Source: Myxococcota bacterium
GTDB taxonomy: Bacteria; Myxococcota_A; UBA9160; UBA6930
DNA: 64,000 bases
Assembly: GCA_965223415.1 (NCBI GenBank)
Contig: OZ245002.1
Span: 3,936,001 to 4,000,000 of the forward strand
Reading direction: 5' to 3'
Below the pieces are notes generated by a model. It had not been told where the DNA came from. It was given only the letters and a program-made list of their open reading frames with translations, and did no database searches. This document shows, piece after piece, positions 57,171-64,000 of the stretch; the first letter of the stretch is position 1; each line of letters starts with the position of its first letter. The position numbers were made by a program, and so were the translations under genes.

Positions 57171-59230
57171 TAGATGTCGCCCTCGAAGCGAACGCGCACC
57201 GCGGCCGTGCCGGCGACGATGGTTCCCGGAGCCGGGTCCTGGGCGACCGCCTGTCCGCGGCCCTCGAGCCGCACCCGCAGTGAGACGCCCGCCGTCATGT
57301 TCTGGACCTGGCCGCGGGAGAGGCCCCGGAAGTCCGGCAGCAGCACCCGATCGCCGAGCTTCGCGAGGGGAGCCGGCGGCGTGGGACGCGGCGCCGCCGT
57401 CGTCGCGGGCCCGGGCGGAGCCGGGGCGCGCTGCGCCAGGCGGGCGGCGGGCCTCTTCGGGGCCGGCGCCTTCTTCTTCGTCTTTGCGCCGGGCTCCTCC
57501 GGCAGGTCGACCCGCGCCAGGTCCGGCAGGCCGAGCGTCGGAGCGGCCACCACGCCGCGCTGCGCCAGTGCCGCCGAGGCGACCCGGGCGAACAGGGGCG
57601 CGGCCACCGAGCCGCCCCCGTGCACCTTGCCCCGCGGCTCGTCGAGCATGACGGCCATGGCGAACATCGGCTCCTTGGCCGGGGCGGCGCCGATGAACCA
57701 GGCCCGGTAGTCGTCGTGGGAGTAGCGGCCGGCGACCAGGTCGAGCTTCTGGGCCGTTCCGGTCTTGCCGACGACGGCAACGCCGTCGAGGGCCGCGCGG
57801 CGCCCGGTACCGCCCTCGGCAGCGACGACGCCCTCGAGCATCGACATCACCTCGTCCGCCACGTCGGCCCGCAGCACGCGATGGCCCTCGGCCGCCGCCA
57901 CCGGCTGCCAGCTCCCGCCGGGCCGCCGGCGCGCGGCCACCAGCCGCGGCGGGTAGCGCACGCCGCCGGAGGCGACGGTGGCCATGGCGCTCGCCATCTG
58001 CACGACGGTCGTGTTCAGCCCCTGGCCGAAGGAGACGTTGGCGTGATCGACCGGCCGCCAGCGCCGCCAGCCACGCAGCAGGCCCGCGGACTCGTCCGGG
58101 AAGCCGCTGCCGGTCGGCTGGCCGAAGCCCAGCGCGCGCAGCATGTCGTAGTGCGCACGGGCGCCGAGCTGGAAGCCGATCTTGGCGGCGCCGATGTTGC
58201 TCGACACCCGGAGGATGCCCGCCGGGTCGAGGAGGCCGTGGCCCTTCACGTCGTGGATCAGCTTGCCCGGCACCTTCCAGCGGCCCTGCTCACAGTCGAA
58301 GAGCTCGTTCCGGCGCACGGCACCGCGCTGCAGTGCGGCCGCGACGACGAAGGGCTTCAGGGTCGAGCCGGGCTCCGGCGCGTCGAGGAAGGCGCGGGAG
58401 GCGGTGCGCGGGTAGGGCGTGGAGCGGAAGGCCGTGGGGTCGAAGCCGGGGGCTTCGGCGAGGGCGAGGACGTCGCCGCTCCTCGGATCGAGCACGACGA
58501 CGAAGCCCGCCCGGGAGCCGGTCTGCCGGACGAACTCGGCGAGGGCCGTCTCGGCCTCGGCCTGGAGCGCTGCGTCGAGGGTGAGGGCGACGTCGCCGCC
58601 CACGCTCTCCCGGAGGTCGACGCCGGCCTGGGGCAGGAGCCGCTGGCGCGCATCCCGCTCGACGACGACGGTCTGGCCGCGACCCGCGACCCAGCCATCC
58701 TCCATCTGCTCGATTCCGCGGGCGCCGCGGCCGTCGATGTTGGCGAAGCCGACCAGCCGCCCGGCGAGGGCCTTGTGCGGGTAGGCCCGGCGAGGCTCGT
58801 CCACCAATCCGACGCCCGGAATCGCCAGCGCCTCGACTGCCGCCGCCTGGGAGGCGGTCAGCCAGCGGGCGACGTAGACGAAGGGCGAGCGCTTGCCGAG
58901 GCGCTCGCGGATCGCCGCCGGGCTCCGCCCCAACGCCTTCGCGAGCTGGCGCGCTGCCGCCTCCCGGTCCTCGAGCTGGGCGGGAATGGCGTAGACCGAT
59001 GGGGCCTGCACGGTGATGGCGAGCTCGGCGCCGTGGCGATCCGTCACGGCGCCGCGGGCCGGCGCGACCCGCAGCACGGTGGCGATCTGCATGTCGCCGC
59101 GAGCCACGCCCCGGTCGTCGACGACGGTGAGATGGGCGGCCCGCACCGCCAGGACGCCGAAGGCCAGCAGCAGGCCCACGCCCACGCCGAAGGTTCGTCG
59201 CCCGGAGCGGCGCAGGTCCGCGGATCTCAT
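57170..59230 (-). CDS. ftsI: Penicillin-binding protein FtsI with C-terminal PASTA domain
   Basis: STLK, SSN and KTG motifs; LPDFRG..QDPAPG. Confidence 0.93.
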   Translation of the reverse strand: MRSADLRRSGRRTFGVGVGLLLAFGVLAVRAAHLTVVDDRGVARGDMQIATVLRVAPARGAVTDRHGAELAITVQAPSVYAIPAQLEDREAAARQLAKALGRSPAAIRERLGKRSPFVYVARWLTASQAAAVEALAIPGVGLVDEPRRAYPHKALAGRLVGFANIDGRGARGIEQMEDGWVAGRGQTVVVERDARQRLLPQAGVDLRESVGGDVALTLDAALQAEAETALAEFVRQTGSRAGFVVVLDPRSGDVLALAEAPGFDPTAFRSTPYPRTASRAFLDAPEPGSTLKPFVVAAALQRGAVRRNELFDCEQGRWKVPGKLIHDVKGHGLLDPAGILRVSSNIGAAKIGFQLGARAHYDMLRALGFGQPTGSGFPDESAGLLRGWRRWRPVDHANVSFGQGLNTTVVQMASAMATVASGGVRYPPRLVAARRRPGGSWQPVAAAEGHRVLRADVADEVMSMLEGVVAAEGGTGRRAALDGVAVVGKTGTAQKLDLVAGRYSHDDYRAWFIGAAPAKEPMFAMAVMLDEPRGKVHGGGSVAAPLFARVASAALAQRGVVAAPTLGLPDLARVDLPEEPGAKTKKKAPAPKRPAARLAQRAPAPPGPATTAAPRPTPPAPLAKLGDRVLLPDFRGLSRGQVQNMTAGVSLRVRLEGRGQAVAQDPAPGTIVAGTAAVRVRFEGDI

Positions 59231-59613
59231 GGACGCGTCGCCCCGGTGCCCAGGTCGATGACCTTCTCGGGCCGCACGAAGTCGCGCTCCTCGGCCAGTC
59301 CCTTGAGGCGGGTCGGGTCGCGCAGCTCCCGCAGGCGGACGGTGGCTTCGGCCTGCCGCTCCATCAGGGCGGTCTCCCGCTGGCGAGCGGCCTCCAGGTC
59401 GTAGCGGAGACGCAGGATCGAATTGCGCAGGGCGACGAGGAAGAGGGCTGCGGCCACCGCGCCCACGAACAGCGGCAGCCAGGCGATGCGGCGGCTGCGG
59501 CCGCGCCCCTGGGTGCGCTTCAGGTCGCGACCGACCAGCACGCTGCTCCGGCCCTCGCCCTCGCTCGCCCCGTCGAACAGGCGCGCGCGCTTCTGGCTCC
59601 AGGCCCGACTCAT
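59227..59613 (-). CDS. ftsL: Cell division protein FtsL
   Basis: TM plus coiled coil between rsmH and ftsI. Confidence 0.8.
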   Translation of the reverse strand: MSRAWSQKRARLFDGASEGEGRSSVLVGRDLKRTQGRGRSRRIAWLPLFVGAVAAALFLVALRNSILRLRYDLEAARQRETALMERQAEATVRLRELRDPTRLKGLAEERDFVRPEKVIDLGTGATRP

Positions 59614-60599
59614 GCGGCCAGCCTCTCGGCGGCCCGCAGCCGCGCCGAGCGCGCGCGCGGGTTGCGCTCGATCTCGTCCGGGCCGGGGCGCGCCGGGCGG
59701 CGGGTCAGTCGTCGCAAGGTCGGCGTCCGTCCGCAACGGCAGACCGGGTCCTTCGGCGGGCAGACGCAGCCGCGCTCGGCGTCGCGCAGGTGGTGCTTCA
59801 CCAGGCGGTCCTCCAGCGAGTGGTAGGCGATCACGCACAGGCGCCCGCCGGGTGCGAGCATGTCCACGGCGGCGGCGAGGCCTTCCTCCAGGGCTCCGAG
59901 CTCGTCGTTGACGGCGATGCGCAGGGCCTGGAAGACGAGGGTGGCGGGGTGATGGCGCCGTCCCGCGCCGACCCGGGCCTCCCGGGTCACGCGGATGAGA
60001 TCGGCGGCAGTGCGCAGCGGCGTTTCGCCTCGCGCCCGCACGATAGCCCGTGCCAGGCGTGCGGCACCCGGCACCTCGCCGTAGCGTCGGAACCAATCCC
60101 CCAACGTCTCCTCGGAGGCGCGAGCGAGGAGCTCCGCCGCCGTCTCGCCGCGGGTCGGGTCCATGCGCATGTCGAGGGGCGCCTCGTCCGCCGTGGCCTC
60201 GGCGAAGCGGAAGCCGCGCTCCGCCCGGTCGATCTGCACGGAGGACACGCCCAGGTCGAGCAGCACCCCGTCCACCCGCTCGATGCCGCGGGCCTTCAGC
60301 ACGTCGCGGAGCTCGCGGAAGGAGGCGTGGAGGAGGACCGCACGGTCGCCGAAGCCGGCCAGCCGCTCCGCGGCCGCGGCCAGGGCCTCGGGATCCCGGT
60401 CGAGCCCCACCAGCCGGCCGTCGGGGGCCGACTCGCGGAGCAGGGCCTCCGCGTGTCCTCCGAAGCCGACGGTGCCGTCCACGTAGGTCCGACCGGGCCC
60501 CGCGCCCAGGAGCGAGAGGCACTCGGCGACGAGTACCGGTTCGTGGAGAGTGTCGCGGCTCAACTCGGCCCTGGGCCCGGCATCTCGCTCGAGGCCCAC
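59610..60599 (-). CDS. rsmH: 16S rRNA m4C1402 methyltransferase
   Basis: HEPVL, DGTVGFGGH, DLGVSS, FQALRIAVNDEL, NPRARSARLR. Confidence 0.97.
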   Translation of the reverse strand: MGLERDAGPRAELSRDTLHEPVLVAECLSLLGAGPGRTYVDGTVGFGGHAEALLRESAPDGRLVGLDRDPEALAAAAERLAGFGDRAVLLHASFRELRDVLKARGIERVDGVLLDLGVSSVQIDRAERGFRFAEATADEAPLDMRMDPTRGETAAELLARASEETLGDWFRRYGEVPGAARLARAIVRARGETPLRTAADLIRVTREARVGAGRRHHPATLVFQALRIAVNDELGALEEGLAAAVDMLAPGGRLCVIAYHSLEDRLVKHHLRDAERGCVCPPKDPVCRCGRTPTLRRLTRRPARPGPDEIERNPRARSARLRAAERLAA

Positions 60600-60896
60600 C
60601 TTGGTGGGGATCGCCGTGCCGCGATCCCCCGTTGCCTTGTTCGCCCGGACAGCATCCGCTGCCCGGGCCCTGCATCGAGTGGAGAGCTGGTGGTTCGGAA
60701 CCGCTCAGCTGCGGTGCGGTTCCGGGGGCCAGGGCCCCGGGAGGGAGGAGAGACTGGGGTGCTCCGGAGCGCTTTTCCGAGCCGCGGGGGCACGCCCCCC
60801 AACGATTCCCGCGCGTCTCAGGTCGGCACTCCGGAGACACCCCATCTCTGTTGCCCGGGGGCTTGCGCCGCCCGGGACCCCCCCAATCACTTCCCC

Positions 60897-61343
60897 CTAC
60901 AAGCCCAGCTCCGCTGCGACGTCGGAGACCTCGTGACCCTTCTGGCGGATCGAGCCGAGCTCCTCGTCGAAGCGGGTCTTGTCCCAGATCTCGATCCGCG
61001 GGCCGACGCCCGCGATCGTGACCTCCCGATCCAGATGCGCGTGCTCGCGCATGTGGGGCGGGATGAGAATGCGCCCGGATCGATCGATCGGGGCCTCGAC
61101 GGCGCCGGAAATGATCATGCGCCGGAGGGATGCGATCTCGGGCTTCATTTGCGAAACGTTGGAGAGGCGATCCTCGATCGCCAGCCAGTCGTCGTGGGCG
61201 TAGAGGCCGATGGCCGGGCTGTCGACGAGGGTCGTCAGGAAGGGCGGGGCGTCCGTCTTGGCTTGGAGTTCGGTTCTCAGCACGGCGGGGATACTCACTC
61301 GCCCTTTTTCATCGAGGGAATGGAAGAAACGACCGCGTGCCAC
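60897..61343 (-). CDS. mraZ: Transcriptional regulator MraZ
   Basis: DEKGRVSIP and DRSGRILIP repeats, IEIW. Start inferred at GTG 61343. Confidence 0.95.
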   Translation of the reverse strand: MARGRFFHSLDEKGRVSIPAVLRTELQAKTDAPPFLTTLVDSPAIGLYAHDDWLAIEDRLSNVSQMKPEIASLRRMIISGAVEAPIDRSGRILIPPHMREHAHLDREVTIAGVGPRIEIWDKTRFDEELGSIRQKGHEVSDVAAELGL

Positions 61344-61360
61344 CGCTCGATACCGCCCTT

Positions 61361-61422
61361 CCACTCCATGCCACTTGATGCCACGACATCCCCCTTATAG
61401 AGACCCACCCGCAGCTTGCCAA
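61361..61422 (-). promoter_or_regulatory. dcw promoter with three MraZ-type GTGG direct repeats
   Basis: TTGGCA(61422-61417)-17 nt-TATAAG(61399-61394); CCAC at 61361, 61371 and 61381 (10-bp period). Confidence 0.8.
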
Positions 61423-61456
61423 CCAATATCTTCGTCTTCATTGAACTTTTTGAATT

Positions 61457-61506
61457 CACCCCAAGATCTTGGGGTGCCCCACCCCCGCAAACACGAGATG
61501 TGGGTG
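61457..61506. promoter_or_regulatory. Two NrdR-box-like sites 32 bp apart
   Basis: CCCCAAGATCTTGGGG (61459-61474) and ACACGAGATGTGGGTG (61491-61506). Confidence 0.5.
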
Positions 61507-61598
61507 AGACAAAGGGACGTTCCTGACTGTCTCACCTGAGCAGGTTGCTCGAGCAATCCTGGCGGAGTGAGACAGTCAGGAACGTCCCTTTGTCTCAC
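61504..61598. repeat. REP-doublet (REPIN-like) element: two inverted 32-bp self-palindromic units
   Basis: GTGAGACAAAGGGACGTTCCTGACTGTCTCAC at 61504-61535 and its exact reverse complement at 61567-61598. Confidence 0.85.
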
Positions 61599-61600
61599 TC

Positions 61601-62653
61601 CTAGGCTGCGCCGAGCCCCGGGATGGCGCGGCCGTGGGCGTCGACCACGCGGTCGACGACCTGGCGCAGGACCGTCCCCTCCGGTGCGTCCACGGCGGGG
61701 GCCAGGGGCGGGGCCGGGTGGAGCGCCGTGGCGAGGACGGCCTGGATGCCCTCACGCAGGCCCGAGAGCGCGTAGCCGCCCTCCAGGACGAAGGCGAGGC
61801 GGCCGCCGCACAGCTCCTCGGCCAGGGCGCGCAGGACGGCGGCCATGGCGACGTAGCCGCCGGCGCCGACGTTCATGGCGGCCAGGGGGTCGTGCTCGTG
61901 GGCGTCGAAGCCGGCGGAGACCAGGATCAGATCCGGGCGGAAGGCCCGGGCGGCCGGGGCCACGAGCCGCTGGACGGCGCCCACGTACTCCGCGTCGCCG
62001 CAGCCGGCCGGCAGGGGAACATTGAGGGTGGCGCCCTCGCCCCGCCCCAGCCCCACCTCGCCGAAGCTGCCGGTTCCCGGGTAGTACGGGAACTGGTGGG
62101 TCGAGACGTAGAGGACGTCCGGGTCCGTCTCGAAGCTGTGCTGGGTGCCGTTGCCGTGGTGCACGTCCCAGTCGAAGATCAGTACCCGCTCGGCGCCCTC
62201 GGCCTGGGCCGCCCGGGCCGCGATGGCGACATTGTTGAACAGGCAGAAGCCCATGGCCCGATCGCCCTCAGCGTGGTGGCCCGGGGGCCGGACCGCCGCG
62301 AGTCCGCCGTCGAGCTCGCCGCGGGCGACGGCGCAGGTCAGATCGACGCACGCGCCCGCCGCGAGGCGTGCGACCTCGAAGCTGGCGGGGGAGACGTAGG
62401 TGTCCGGGTCGAGCTGGGTGGGCGCCCGCACCGCCGCTGCTTCGACCCCTCGCAGGTGGGCCTCGTCGTGAATGGCGAGGATCTCGCCGGGCTCGGCGAG
62501 CCGGGCGGGCAGGGGCACGAGCTGTTCGCGCACCCCGTCGATAGCGTCGGAGACCGCGCCCAGGCGCTCGGCGCGCTCGGGATGGCCGTCAGGCTCCCGG
62601 TGCTCCCGGTAGCGCCTGTCCTCGACGATGCCGATGCGGCGCGGGGAGGCCAT
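61601..62653 (-). CDS. Histone deacetylase family protein
   Basis: HPE..ERL, RPPGHHA, GFCLFNN, DWDVHHGNGTQ, SAGFDAH, LEGGY. Confidence 0.95.
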   Translation of the reverse strand: MASPRRIGIVEDRRYREHREPDGHPERAERLGAVSDAIDGVREQLVPLPARLAEPGEILAIHDEAHLRGVEAAAVRAPTQLDPDTYVSPASFEVARLAAGACVDLTCAVARGELDGGLAAVRPPGHHAEGDRAMGFCLFNNVAIAARAAQAEGAERVLIFDWDVHHGNGTQHSFETDPDVLYVSTHQFPYYPGTGSFGEVGLGRGEGATLNVPLPAGCGDAEYVGAVQRLVAPAARAFRPDLILVSAGFDAHEHDPLAAMNVGAGGYVAMAAVLRALAEELCGGRLAFVLEGGYALSGLREGIQAVLATALHPAPPLAPAVDAPEGTVLRQVVDRVVDAHGRAIPGLGAA

Positions 62654-62729
62654 GGGCGGAGAATAACATCCACGGGTGGCGAAAATCGTTCGCGAGCCAG
62701 CGTTCGGTGGGGCACCATCCGCGGGGCGG

Positions 62730-63929
62730 ATGTGGGCACGAACGCGCTTCGACATCGGTTGGTCCGACGTACTGAGCGCTCTGGGCTACGTGCTCTTCGA
62801 GCGCGATGCGAACGAGCGAAAGGGCCGGATCGAGCGCTACTGGGCGCCCCAGGGCGACGGAGTGGCGTGCCTCTCCGTGCGCAGTGCCTTCGACCTGCTG
62901 CTCCGTGCGCTCGAGCTGCCGGCTGGGAGCGAGGTGCTGTTCTCCGCCCTCAACATCAAAGGCATGGTGACCGTGGCGCGCCGCCACGGCCTCTTGCCCG
63001 TGCCGGTCGATCTCGATCCGGAGACCCTGCTTCCGCGCGTCGAGCAGCTGGAGCGCGTCGTCACCCCGCGCAGCCGGATGTTCGTCGTCGCGCCGCTCTT
63101 CGGCGCCCGACCGGAGCTCGGCGAGCTGGCCGCGTTCTGCCGCCGGCACCGCCTGATGCTGGTGGAGGACTGTGCTCAGGGCTTCCTCGGCCCCCGCGAC
63201 CGGGGTGGGCCGAGCGACGTCAGCCTGTTCAGCTTCGGGCCGCTCAAGACCTCGACAGCGCTGGGCGGCGCCCTGGCGCGGGTGGACGACCCGGATCTGT
63301 GCGCGCGAATGCGGACACTCCAGGAGGGCGACTCGCAGCAACGCCCTCGCGCCTTCCTCGTGCGTCTGCTTCGCTTCGCCGGGCTCAAGCTCGCTACCTA
63401 CCGGATCCCCTACGCCATGCTGAGTCGCCTGCTGGGCCGCGGCGGCGATGCCGAGGCGAGGCTCGGCCAGGCGGTGCGCTCCATCGCCCGTCAGAAGACG
63501 TCGAAGTCGCTTCGCTTGCGCCCCTGCGCCGCGCAGCTTGCGCTGCTCGAGCGGAGGCTGCGCCACTTCCGGGAGGATCGCATGGCATTGCGGATCTCCC
63601 TCGCCCGCGGGCAGGAGCGTTCGCTTCGCGGCCGTGTCGCCTGCCCCGGGACCCGGCACGTCCGCCACGGCTTCTGGGCTTTTCCGGTGCTCGTCAAACA
63701 GCCGGCCCTGGCGATCCTGGCTCTGCGCGCGGCGGGCTTCGACGCGGCTCCCGTCACCAGCCTCCGCGAGGTTCCCGCGCCGGACGAGCGGCCGGAGCTG
63801 CGCCCGGTGGCTGCGGAGCAGATCCTTCGCCAGCTCGTCTTCCTACCCTGCGATCCAGTGCTGGGTGCAGCTGAGCTATCACGGCAGGCCGCCATCCTGA
63901 CGCTGGCCCTCGGGGAGAGCGGAGCATGA
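62730..63929 (+). CDS. DegT/DnrJ/EryC1/StrS-like PLP-dependent aminotransferase
   Basis: LVEDCAQG and SFGPLKT (PLP Lys). Confidence 0.75.
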   Translation: MWARTRFDIGWSDVLSALGYVLFERDANERKGRIERYWAPQGDGVACLSVRSAFDLLLRALELPAGSEVLFSALNIKGMVTVARRHGLLPVPVDLDPETLLPRVEQLERVVTPRSRMFVVAPLFGARPELGELAAFCRRHRLMLVEDCAQGFLGPRDRGGPSDVSLFSFGPLKTSTALGGALARVDDPDLCARMRTLQEGDSQQRPRAFLVRLLRFAGLKLATYRIPYAMLSRLLGRGGDAEARLGQAVRSIARQKTSKSLRLRPCAAQLALLERRLRHFREDRMALRISLARGQERSLRGRVACPGTRHVRHGFWAFPVLVKQPALAILALRAAGFDAAPVTSLREVPAPDERPELRPVAAEQILRQLVFLPCDPVLGAAELSRQAAILTLALGESGA

Positions 63930-64000
63930 GTCTCACTGGAGAGGTCCGGCGCCGCCGCCGGCGTATCGTCAAAAAACTCGGCAAGCGGCTCGTGCGACGG
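63926..64000 (+). CDS. Start of a downstream gene (runs off window), product unknown
   Basis: ATGA overlap; MSLTGEVRRRRRRIVKKLGKRLVRR. Confidence 0.5.
   Translation, partial: MSLTGEVRRRRRRIVKKLGKRLVRR

Overview
Very GC-rich bacterial chromosome segment. Gene content (PEP-CTERM proteins, myxobacteria-like Lgt and HAL2 phosphatase, diderm RND pump) suggests Myxococcota or a related lineage; this is inference only. Left to right: a minus-strand metF-purN-imuA-imuB-SDR run, PfkB kinase with Na/Ca antiporter, PP2C phosphatase, a complete IS110 element whose bridge-RNA guide segments can be read directly, lipid and housekeeping genes, a complete IS1380 element, thrH, uppP, a sigma-70 paralogue, TetR-RND efflux, rnpB, an HxlR-SCP2 regulator with paired acyl-CoA dehydrogenases, three PEP-CTERM loci, ndk, and a dcw cluster from mraZ to ftsZ that lacks ddl. 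Best leads: (1) the IS110 bridge RNA with matching donor and target guides; (2) one ORF that looks like a two-protein PEP-CTERM polyprotein; (3) two independent operon junctions filled by chains of ATGA-coupled mini-ORFs made from duplicated stop/start junctions; (4) tandem NrdR-like boxes and a structured spacer at the head of the dcw cluster; (5) a 7-bp duplication that frameshifts a PEP-CTERM gene upstream of an ECF sigma operon. All calls were made by eye from motifs, with no database searches. Start codons are best guesses.
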